Shown: piece by piece, positions 34,826 through 46,500 of the stretch | Layout: each line of letters begins with the position of its first letter | How positions within the stretch are numbered: position 1 is the first letter of the stretch | Source: Eutreptiella sp. 'Long Island Sound 2002' | Lineage: Eukaryota > Protista > Euglenida | Direction: 5' to 3' | Length of the DNA stretch: 64,000 nucleotides | Assembly: GCA_964036045.1 (NCBI GenBank) | Contig: OZ038378.1 | Span: 172,236,001 to 172,300,000, forward strand | Made by a program: the position numbers and the translations under genes | Notes under the pieces: model-generated | The model's database searches: none | Told to the model about the DNA's origin: nothing | What the model saw: the letters and a program-made list of their open reading frames with translations, nothing else

Positions 34826-36889
34826 GACCTTATACCAAATTTTTCCTTCATTTCTAAGAACCAGTTCCAAATTCCCCCTCCCCTAATTTTAGCCCTCCCA
34901 AAAAAAACCCCCAAATTAATCCTTTGGTGGTACTCTGTGTGCAGTGCTTGCTTTCGTTGATCAAAGTTAATTGTGTCTCTCTAGACTGCGGAGGGAAAGC
35001 GCGGGCTTGTATGCCTGTACCACTGCTGACAGGTGCAGCATACCGCCTCCGTGGCGTCCACTCCGCTACCGGCGCCGGTGGGCTTCAGATTTGGTCATTC
35101 GAATGATCGTGAGGGTGCTCACTGACGATGTGGGAAGTGTAGCACAGAGCCAGGGGGTTCGGGATCACCGAGTGTTACCCATCGGTGGTGGGCTGCATTT
35201 CCAGGCCATTTTTGTCCTGAGTGTTGCTTGGGGGGGGAAGCATGCATGTCAATAGCATGAGCAGAGCACAGGGTACAGCACACCATGCACTGCATGTACT
35301 CCACCAAAGCAGACCCCAAAATCGCGTGGTGCTGGAGGTATAAGCCCATGAATCCATGCCCATGGGGCAACCTCTGGAACTGCCATATTGTTCCCAAACA
35401 ACAAGTGTTGTCGGTTGAATTGGCGGCTCCTCGGGCTCACCGGATGTCAGACATCAAGGCTTTTCCCTGGTCTCACGTCATGGGGCAGCTGCATGCTTGT
35501 CAACCAGCAGCAGCGGATGCCGGACCAGCGGACGCAGTCAACGCAGTGTTGCATTGCGATATTGCACGTACTTTGGACCAGGGGTTTGAGTGTTATCTGA
35601 GGGTGGGTTGGTTGGGTCAGCGCTGGGCAGGGGCTGGTGTGTGTTTTTTTTGGGGGGGGGGGAGTGTAGTTCGTTGTAAAATGTGGGGCTGTGCCGTTGT
35701 GTGTGGGGTCTGGGATTGTGGCGTGCAGGTGTCTGTATTGTGGTGTGGAATTGCGGGTCCAAAGTAGCCTACTTTTCGCAAAGCGCGGGCACAGCGCGGG
35801 CACAGTGCACGGTGCGCCCCCTTGCACAACCAACCACAAAAGCACCAAGTTATATGGAAACAACATCTCGGGTTGTTTGCTCAAGGCTGCTATGTCCCAC
35901 CCACCCTGCAATGCACCAACAGCGTTGTGGTCACAGCAAACAAAGTAAGGGGCAGTAACACTGTGGCTCAGCCCAGGAAATGAGATTTGTGGCGGGTGAC
36001 TATGTGTTGTGTTATGTGGGCATGTGGTGCGGGTCAGGGTGTAGCTTTTCACAGCTTTGAGGGTAGCGGTCATTGTGTGTGGAGGTCCGGTGCGCGGGGC
36101 TGTGCAGTGACATCCAGATTGTCGAGCACCAGGGGGGGGCTCATGGCTCTCCGCATGTCACCTGAATGATGTCGCCAGATGTATTTTAGGGGTTGGGTCT
36201 GAGTACCGATCCGCTGCTAACGTCTTGTATGGGCGTGAAAATGGGCGGCAAACCGGGCAAAATGCCAGGGTTTTAAAAAAGTGTTTCTCGCCCCTCACAC
36301 ACCTCAAAATGATTAGTGCGTGGTGGGTATTTGGAGTATTTTGAGTACCTTCCTCCCGACCCCCGTGTGGGGGTTCCAAAAAGTGGACTCGAATCCCCCC
36401 CTCCCCCTTCCTGCACGGGATTCCCCCCCACCCTTGACAACTCCTTGAAGTTTGATATTCTGGATCCATCGGGTTTCCGAGGGGAAGGGATTTACAAGGG
36501 AGGTGACTCCATACCTCAGGGTGCAAAACGTCTTCTCTCTTGAGGACAGATACACGATGTAACAGTGCTCTGTGGCAGGGCGCAACGTAAGTAGGAAATT
36601 GTTGGCGCAATGTGAAATGTGACGCCCCTTAGCCCAGCCATCAAGTGCACACCAGCAACAAAATGGTTGCCACATTGATGGTTCTTACAGCCACACAGCC
36701 GCGCCATCAGACTGTGGTATGCTCTTGCGACAAACACGGCAAATAAATTGGGCGCCAGAGGCAGTGTGATGCTCCATGACAAAAAGTGTAGGACGTGGGG
36801 GGCGGAGTGAAGAGGCCACAAATGGCAAATTAGAACGACGACCCTCGCCTATGCATCTTAATTGGGGGTACACTAGAATTCTCATCACC

Positions 36890-36892
<3 letters not shown>

Positions 36893-36948
<56 letters not shown>

Positions 36949-36975
36949 CTTCTCCCTGTGTGTGTGTGTGTGTGT
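36893..36975. repeat. Compound (CT)n-(GT)n microsatellite
   Basis: Seen directly. Confidence 0.95.
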
Positions 36976-37888
36976 GGGGCAGTGGCAATGGGTTACTGTT
37001 TGGTGCCGTCCACGGAAGGCCGTGCATCAGCGTACATCCAGCCAAGCTCCCTCACTCCATAGTGTGATCTTAAACTCGGTCCACTGCTAGTCTCTCCTCG
37101 TAGTGCGCATCCCAAGTACCTCCAAGGGATTTTCACGGGAGTTTTGTCAAATTCACAGCCCTGGGCTAAGAGCCACTTGGCACAATTTCTCAGTGTAGCA
37201 GCGTGGTGCCAAGTGGCAGTGCTATGTGGCTACACTCAACGGGACACCAGGCGCGCCATGCACAGTGCGATAGTTCGTAGGTATGCAACCTCGGACCACG
37301 ATTACACGAGGACAGTTGCATACATGCACCAAGTGGTGCTTAGGGTTCCACAACCCCGCTGTTGCCATCTCCATTAGGCACTACAATGGGTTAAACACCA
37401 CGGGATATGGGCACACCACTCCTATGCTTCATGGCGCCTCCCCCACCACGTATCCATCGATGGTACAACGGGAGACTGGTGCAAGGACCACGCCACCCTC
37501 TTCCAACATTGGGCTGACACAGTGCCAGCAGGGCATGTGTGTGTGCGTGACACTACGCTTGCGTGGTGCTCCAATAGGTAGAAGATCAATGTCTCCCACT
37601 CCCCCCTACCTCAGCGACCATGCAGTAGTAATTAGGGACCAGCCTGACTCCTCTCCTGATGCGATGCTAACAGTGTGCACAGTAGGCTCTGAAATGATGC
37701 CCCTGTTGACGTACATTGCACTGCGGTGTTCCTTGTCACATCAGAAAGGCGCCTAGCCTTCAAACAACCATGACTGCTTTGGTTTGATTGGCCTGACAAT
37801 TTGTTAAAGACCAATGCCCTGCCCTGCCTGCCTGTCGATCTACAGTGGGTTGGTTGCTCGGTTTCTTGGTCACCTTGGTTACCTCACG

Positions 37889-37924
<36 letters not shown>

Positions 37925-38368
37925 ATAAGTTGGGGTTTGGACAGCGATCCCTCTCTTTGCATAGACAATGCCCCTCCATGGATCGCAGGGCTGGGGGCCA
38001 TGCATCTCACGGACCTGGCTTTGTTGCCATGCTGGATACCTTCGTCCAGGCAGCCGGTCTTGGCAGCCTATGTTTTTTGTGTCGTGGTACAGGGGTCATC
38101 AGGGACTGTGAACTGTGCCGATGCTGAGCTACAGCCCCCTGCTAGAGCCACCGTATGTCCGCAGGGGCGTTCCATTCTATTAGCTCGCACGCCAGCTGGC
38201 CAGCAATGCGGGGGTTTTAACCTGGGGCAGCAACTGAGGTCATGCCGGAGGCGTATTAGCGCCAGTATGAGCACTGTCTGCCATGACGAGTTGTTGCTGC
38301 AGGAGGATATGGGGCTGGGTTGTCGCCCAGAGTAGAGAACAAGCCCCCATCTTTGAATGCATTGCATT

Positions 38369-38371
<3 letters not shown>

Positions 38372-38421
<50 letters not shown>
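38372..38421. repeat. (GT)n microsatellite
   Basis: Seen directly. Confidence 0.95.
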
Positions 38422-38423
<2 letters not shown>

Positions 38424-39189
38424 AGGTTTGGACCGCAGGGCCCATGCTTTTGATAAGTTTCCCCATCGTCCAATAGCAAGACAGAGTTACTAGCGTTTGA
38501 CGGGTGGAATGAGGTGGACTCTACGATTCGAACTTCTTGCTGACCGATCATTGACACTCTGACAGTCGGCAGATGGACAAGAGGAGGGGATGGTAATCAG
38601 AGACCCTGCAATGGGGGGGAGGCGACTCAATCCCCGGACTTCTGGTCATTCGTTCATCCTCATCACACAGCTTTTTCTGCTGTGCCTGTCGGAGAGACAC
38701 CACACATCCTCGTAGAGCTGTGCCGGTCCAGCTGGTACACCACTCTGACCCTCAACCCACGGCCCATCCCGGATCCGCTTGCCCCTGGGCCGTCGAGGCT
38801 CTTGGAATCCCCCCCCCCCCTCTTTCCCAAAGCCTCATAGAAACTACTTTTGCGACGTCATTCTAAACCTCATCTGTCCTCAAATTCGTTTCATCGTTAC
38901 GCACCTTTTTGTCTATGGCCCTCTGTCACTAGACAACCGCATTCCTTCGACTTCAACGGCCATCGATTGGCACATAACCTCCGTCGTTGTGACCCCGCAT
39001 TCGGTTAGCCCTACCCCGAGCTATAGAAGAGACCGTGCCTGAAGAGTGAGCTCAGCACTAGGCAGTCGAGAAGCGCAAGATACAATACCGACACATTATG
39101 CTCTGGTGTACAGCATGTGCACGGAGCAGGACATGCAGCAGGATCCAGGACGGTCGCATCGGCTGCAAGCAGGGCATGATGAGGCTACC

Positions 39190-42100
39190 TCAGAGCAAAC
39201 CCGAGGGATGACCCCTTTGCTCCACCGGTGCACTGGGGACCTCATGTACGCACAGCCCTTGTAGTCTGGCGAAGGGGGACCCAGGCCATGAGTGAACCGC
39301 ATCAGTATGCTTACTTTCCTGTGTCCACCCATGACAAACCAAGGCCATACCTATCAGCACGACGTCCCAAGACCAACTGGACAGAGAGCACACAGGTCCG
39401 CAGGTAGCCTAGCCGCATTTTCCGATACTGCACCTGATCAATGTCCGTGCAGACGTGTCTTACAGGGATCCACATGCCTGCTCCCTGTCACTTGTGGCCC
39501 ATTAGGTTGCTCGATTAGGATTACAGACGACAGCCGCACCTTCTCATGAGATCAGGACTAGACAGCCCCACTTTTTGCCCCTTGGATGAAAGAATGTCCT
39601 GACAACACTTCAATTCGTTGGGCTGTATTCCTCACGCATCTCATGTGCCGATCGGTACCGGTCCATCGTGCGGCGCTGGGGATTGCGCCTGCCTTATGTC
39701 CAGTGTTCACAGCCTCATACAGCACGCTCTCTCGATGTGTGAAAGTGTTGCAGTGTGAAGGGAATTGGGCCTGTTCGTTGTGTAAGTATCTGCATTATTT
39801 GAAGCCAAAGCCCGTGCTGCTGTACCCGGTCAGGGTGCTGTATGCCTGTGTAGAATGGGTATGGGTTCTTGTGTACGTGTTCAGGGTGCTGCCTCCTCGG
39901 TCTCTTTTGTCTCAGTACAACATGTGTGTAATGGGTTCCTGGGGACACCCCTTCGCACCTTATCATTAGGGGTAGGGGTCGCCTGGGGAAGAGAGCACCA
40001 CCAGTGCAGACAGCAAAAGTTGTGAGTGCGCCCTTTGTCCTGCCCCACCCCATGTCGCCCCCCGCTCCCCCTCCCCCTGCCCGGGAGTTTGGGGCGTCAC
40101 CTGTGTGACCACAAAGAAAGCGGTACAGGCAGGTTCTGTACCGCTGTATTTCGCCCGTACCATACCAGAAGATAAGTGCATGCCCAACAATCTTCTGGCC
40201 CCAGTTGCCAAGTCTCTTGCAAAAAAAAAAGGCCAAGCCACCTTCTCACGGTTCCAGCCAGAGCGTTCCGGTGCAATGTAGTGAGCAGGAATTCAAGATG
40301 AAGTGAACCCAAGTTTCTTCTGAAGCCTTTGAACCACTCAACCAATTTTACTGTCATTGGTCATTAGAACTAAAGATGGACAGTTTGGTGCAGTATATTT
40401 TGGATCGTGGAACTCTGTTGTGCCTTTATGATGCTTGCTTCTCGCTTTCCGTGCATACCAATGTTCGAGTCCTGTGACGGTACTTTCCTGAGAAGGGGGG
40501 GGGGGGGGGGCGGACCGTGAGTTGGCATCCGTCCCCGAGGGGGCGGTGCGCACGCGGGGTGGGTGAGGGACGGGACGCTGCATTAAATACCATTATCCAG
40601 TGCAGCAATCAGCCACTGTTCATGCAACAAGGTTGCTGAACCTCCGTTGCTCTCTAAGAAAGCATCCGAAAGATAGAACTGCACCTCGCTGTGCACTACT
40701 GGCGCCACTTGTGTCTTCAACGTGCCTCAGTAAATGCTTTGTCTGTATTAAGGCTTCGGTGTCACCTTGGGATTTGTCTGAAGGTCCTCCTTTCGATCTC
40801 TCTCACTCTCTCTCTGCCCGCTTGGTGCTTCACATGCCAGCATCATTTTCCTCCCTTCCCCACTGCGCACGTCCATCCAAAAGGCCAGAAAACAACTCCG
40901 CTGGGATGCCGTGCTGAACAAGGCAGTGTGTGCGGTCACGGTGAAACGTGTGGATTTCTGCTCGTCATGTTGCTCCAGTCCTGAGGGGAGGGGGGCTTAC
41001 GGCACCCCCCTCAAGCACAGACATGCCCATTTTTTTGATGTAAAATTCCGGTTTTCTCCAGTCATTACCATGAGTTTGCAAGTCCAGAGATGGAGAGATG
41101 GATGCTTTGCTAGGCATAACGGGTGTCGACGTTCCACTCAGCAATAGCCTGGCCGGGTGTGCCAAATCCTTCGTGCTTTGAGTTTGTTTTATCAGTGTTG
41201 CAACGTTCCTCAGAGATTTCCCCGTGCAATGAACTGCAATAAATGGTTTGCACAATGATGCGCTGCCCCTTGGGGATCTTCTCCCATGTCTGCATCTGCA
41301 TCCTGCGGTTTTGGATTCAACAAGGACCAAGGGTGGCAATGGCACATGCCCCGCCGAACATGCAAAAAAGAAAACCAGCAGCTGGAACAATAACCATACA
41401 GAAACATTCACTGATTGCGAAGTTCATTGACTGCTGGAGGGCGCGAAGCTGTGTACCAGCTGCACCGAAGCTTTCTATCAATGCACTGATCATGCACACT
41501 TGCCTCCAGGTAATCAAGGGTTTGTACTGTACTACACATTGCCCCCTTAAGATCTAGGGGTTGCACCGCTATCCTTCCCACCAATGGAATGCAGAAAGAA
41601 TGAATGTTGCCCGTGTGCATGCCATCTGACGCACCGGTCGGCTGCGGTTAGAAGCTGTAGCTGGATCATCATGCCGCCCCTCAGACCGATTCGTTGCGTT
41701 GCCGGCCTCCGATAACGGTTCCAAACTTGATGTTTGTAGGTGACTGGACCCACAGTTGGTATTCAAAGGGCATTTCACCAGCACAGGGGGGGGGGGGCTG
41801 GCTGTAAAGATGGAGAGGTGTTGAACCCCCCCCTTTGTTTTGCTTTTTTAGGCAACACCCCCCCCCCATGCCCTGCCCTCCTCTTTATGGTCCGGTTTGG
41901 GGGGTCTTGGGTTTGGGTCAGAAGTAATGCCCAATGGGCAGCACGCTGAGTGGTGCCGTCCGTGACCATTGGCAAGCAACCTTTTTGGGCTATTGGAGAC
42001 CACTGGTATCTGAATGGCGTGGCGTGCTTCCCCTGCACTACAGCCAATGAGTGGCCTGCGCCCAACATGCACTCGATGTGCACCCGCACGCAGCCAATAC

Positions 42101-43244
42101 CCAGCCGACGGCACCCGACATGCACCCAACATGACATGCATGACAAAGGGACACCATTGGTCTTGGTGCACGGCTCCTTCAATGAAGCAGAGGCAGACTG
42201 TATCTGCATTGGGTTCCTCGTGCGTGTACCATGGATATTCTGAATTTTTTGCGACAATAATTTATTCTGGCACTTTTTTGCCTTGAAAATGTGCTTTTTG
42301 CAAAAGATAAGAAACGCAAAAAAAAAAAAATCTAATTCATTCTCTCATGTTGCCTTGCAAAATAGGTAAATTCTTCGCAAATTTAGAAAAATGATTATTT
42401 CTTCTGCTGGTGCGTTCCTGCAGGTTGTTGCTGGTCGTTTGTGCTTGACAGATGTTTACTTTGCACAAAGGGAATGGAAGAGGCATACACTTCAGCAAAG
42501 GTTTGCACAATTTGTCTTTCGTGTATAGGTCAGGTGTAATGAAAACAAGGAGTAGGGAAAGACATGAGCGCAAAGGAGCTGAGAAGACATGCCATTGGCC
42601 ACAAGAACGCTTATTTTGCGCAAAATTTTTATTTTGACAAAATTAGCAAAATTTCAATAAATATTTGCTGGGCGGGGTGAATTTCTTGTCGCAAAACACT
42701 AAGTCCCCAGAAAATTCGGCAGAAAAAGAATCTTTTTGACATTTTGCCCTAGAACGCAAAAATTTTTGACAAAATATTAATTCTTTTTCCAATTCGCAAG
42801 AATTCGCCGTTCGCAAAAATTCGATGTTTGGACGGTGAAGGTTTATTGGCCGCTGTTCTGCAATCCCTCTAACAGTACCCAACATCCAGCTGGTGGTGCA
42901 GAAATGTAGGGCAAGGCATCCCCCCCCCCCCCCCCACCGCCTTCTGGAATGATTTAGTGTCTGGGAAGGGGGTGCATGTTGTGGTTGAACGGGAGTGCGC
43001 CAGTGCATTGAATTATGGCTCCGTGGGGGATGGGTGAGTGAGTGGGCGTTGTCCGAACCTCGCTCACTGCATGCACGCTCAACACGCATCCAACCCCCGC
43101 CCGACGCGCACCCGAGACGTACCCAACACGAATCTGACAGGCGTCTGGTCGCATGCTATGTTGTGTGTAAGTAAATCTGGTGAAGATCAGCCACAAATTC
43201 GGGTTAAGGGCGAGGGCACTTTCATCTCGGCAGAGTCTGCACAT
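39190..43244 (-). CDS. Gene 3: multi-exon protein of unknown function, divergent from the CEP83-like gene
   Basis: Phase-consistent GT-AG chain on the minus strand: 43244-43123, 41485-41412, 41233-41069, 40698-40591 (VHSEVQFYLSDAFLESNGGSATLLHEQWLIAALDN), 40350-40242 (VKLVEWFKGFRRNLGSLHLEFLLTTLHRNALAGTVR), 39789-39711, 39484-39351, and a candidate last exon 39265-39190. The 3' end could extend to further exons near 38500-38720. Confidence 0.55.
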
Positions 43245-43409
43245 GCCTTTGACTGCGGCCCCCCTGGCGCAGCGGACTGCCCATTAATGCGCTTTCTCCC
43301 GCGGGGCTCCGGCGCCATCTGCCCGTGCCTGGCGCACTGAGGTCCAGCCCCGAGGCTTTGCCCCCCCTTCAAATTAGTCGCCCACGTTCTGCTGCCACGC
43401 CCCAAAGCA
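43245..43409. promoter_or_regulatory. 165-bp GC/CpG-rich spacer between divergent start codons (candidate bidirectional promoter)
   Basis: Lies between the ATG of gene 3 (43244, -) and the ATG of the CEP83-like gene (43410, +). It is CpG-rich, unlike the surrounding repeats. A pyrimidine tract followed by TAG at 43355-43377 is a possible acceptor. Confidence 0.5.
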
Positions 43410-43577
43410 ATGTCAAGCGACGGCACCCAAATCCACGCGATGCAACAAGAGAACCTCGTGTTGAGGGACCAGTTCGCGCAGCTGCGCCACTTATTGGACC
43501 AGACCAAGGGCGCCAACAGTGAATTGGTGTCAGAGAATGTGCTGCTGAAGACGGAGCTGCAGCGATTCAAGGAGCAG
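43410..43577 (+). CDS. CEP83-like exon 1
   Basis: ATG start, MSSDGTQIHAMQQENLVLRDQ...RFKEQ, donor GTTGTG, phase 0. Confidence 0.85.
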
Positions 43578-46500
43578 GTTGTGTCCCCTGCCTGCAGACC
43601 TGTATCTGCTCCGATGCACACACCAACCCAATCCGGGTGGTGTTACCTGTTGGGTGGCACTGGATCCCTCCCCTTCTCCCGCCTTCTTGTACCCCAGACC
43701 CGACCGTGACCCAAAAGGCGTGGCCGATTGAGTGCTAGCCTTGAGCAAGGGCCGGCTGGTAACGTGAGGGACAATGTAGTGGAATGCAGGCCAGCTGTTG
43801 TGGCTGACAAAACGCGGCCAACCAAGAACAATGGAGCCAACAGGAGAAAGCTGCATGATCGAACTGCCCAACATTGCTGCATAAGGGGGAGGGGGGCTTC
43901 AGGAGGGGAGAATTTCGCGGGGAAAAATTCGCCATTAAGAAGAGTGGCGAAATTTTACCGGCGGCGAAACTTTCGCAGCGTGTGACCAACAATTTCACTG
44001 CGAGTTCAGATGTACTGTGAATTCAGACATGTGCAGCGGTGTACCAGGCGGAGGGAAGGGACAAAGATGTGTTTGTTTGCAACATGCAGTGTTATGAAAC
44101 TGGAATGCATTGCAAATAAGAGGAACCATCCAGAGCCCACCAGGAAATGACAGCAAGCTTCAGGACTCCTGGAGGTGGTGAAATTTTCCCCTTCTGAAAT
44201 TATCCCCGTCGAAATTGTCCCCTCGCAACCCCCCCCCCCCCCCGCTTCTGTATGCCTACCAGGACGTGCATGTGTGGAGCGCTCTTTGACCTGCGTGTGG
44301 CCAATTCTCTGACCCACGTGTCGAAGGTACGGCTTGTCCCATGTGTAACTGTTCAAGGTGGCCGGCCTGTGGCGCCGGATGTCTGCACTGATGGAGTGTG
44401 TTGCGGCTCCACCTCTTTCGTACGCTGAGGATTTGATGAAAGCCGGAGGCATTCCGGAGGATGATGACCATCGTCTGTCTGATGGTACACGGTACACGGG
44501 TACACGGGTACCGGGTACACAGTGGGAGGAGGGGTTTGTAAACGCCCCCGCTTTTTCGCACCGTCGGCGTGTGCAGGAGGGTTAACAGATTTTCGCCCCC
44601 CCCCCCCCCCCCACTCAGTCAACCTCATGAAGAGATTGTTCGGCAGCTTGCGCATTGCGTCAGACAACGTTTACCGCACTGAACACAAGGTGCTCGAGCC
44701 GATGCTCAGTGGAGGGGGGTGGGTGGGTTCAGAGCTTGTTTTTAGTGAGTAGCTATCAGACTATTCTTCTCCCCGCCATTGTATGAGCCCTTTGGTCACT
44801 GAGGAGGGTAGATGGGGGCGACCCCTGCCTGGGCTGCAATTCTCAGTAGGATCCAGATGTTGGTCAGCTCAAGGACCCAGCCACACCCTTCGAGTATGTG
44901 AATACGAAACCGGCCGTATTCTCCGTATTTTGCTCTGAAATTGGATGCTGAAATGGATGAGGATGGGGATCGATCCTCGTGTTCATGCTGGACATGCCAA
45001 GACACGGTCGTAGTGGGCGTGGTGATGGAGTGGGCGGATGTATTTAATTAATTTGGTACTTGGGCGTACCTCCGATAAGGGGTAGCAGAACCCCATGTCT
45101 TGCCTGGGCATGGAAAGCCTGCCAAGGAATGTACGAAGGCCGCGGTGGGAGTTGAGTTCGGATTGTTGCTGGTGCGCAGTGCTGTCACGTGAGACAGCCG
45201 ACAGCACTGTCTCAAGAAATTCTTGCTTGCATGGATGCTTGGATGGAGTCATGGTCATCATAGCTCAGTCAACCAATGATCAACGGTCATTGAGGGCGGT
45301 CCTGAGTGCGAAATGAAAGACCAAAAGGGAGGGAGGGAGGGAGGGAGGGAGGGAGGGAGATTTAAAGGGAGTGGTCACGCCACCTTGCTATCCTGTGTAT
45401 TTTCCGTGAACATGACGACGAACTAGACGAATATCAAGCATCTCAACTCCCGTGAGCTTTGTCAGCTTTAGATATAAATTTTTAGTATGCATGATGGACG
45501 GGGTGGGCGGGGTAAGGGCGGCATCGATGCCCAGTCAACGGCAGTCGGGACATTCCGACTTTGATAGTGAGCTGATGACGGTTGATGGCCAACTCCATGT
45601 CCAGGCGGCGTTTTGGTGGTTGTTGAATGGAGGAGCGCCATGATGACTCCCCCCTCCCCCCCGCCCGCCCGCCCGCATTGCATTCAGTTGGAGCAGAAGA
45701 TCAAGGAGTTTGATGAGCTGATGGTCGCATACCGGTCAGTGTCCAGTGACCGGAGCCAAAGCGACGATGAGGTGCGCAGTCGCTTAGCGGAGGAGGTGGC
45801 GGTCAAGACGCAGCTGCAGCACCAAGTGACGGAGCTGCAGGAGTTCCGGGCTTTGTACATGGAGCTGCGGCGGGAGGTGCAGAGCCGCGAGAACAATTTC
45901 CGCATGGAGCTGGATGCAAAGGTCCCCAACTGCTCTGGAAGGGAACAAGCACAGTGCGCATGATGCACTCTTTTTCGGTTTCAGTCACTGCTGCTTTACA
46001 TACCACTCTTCCACAAGCATAAGTAGAGCTTGTGGGATGGCGGCAGGATCCCAATAGTTGCTATCACCCTATTCATTGGCAAGGGGGGGCCCACCTGGAG
46101 CCAGTCGCTCCTGATGAAGATGGGTGTGGGGTTGTGAGCCAGCACTGTGTATCCCCTTGCTAAACAGCACAGATGTTGAATCTTTTCTGCAATTCTGGTG
46201 TGCAAGGCCGTGCCAAAGAGGTTCCTCCGTGGTCAACGGCTCTCCCCTGGCAGGGGGTGCAGGTGGTCACAACCACCATGGCATTGGAGAAGAGGTACGG
46301 TGGAAGTATCTGTGTTGTATACCAACCCCTTAGGCCACAGTGTCCCTGCCACCTTGAAAAACTGCCAAAAAATGCATAAAACATCAATGGACAACGAGTG
46401 CGCGGTGCGGGCGTGGTGTGCCCCCGCAGCGCACCTGGACAGCCCTCTGGCGCCCAGACGGATACTTTTTTGCACTTCCGGCACAATACATGTTGTGACA

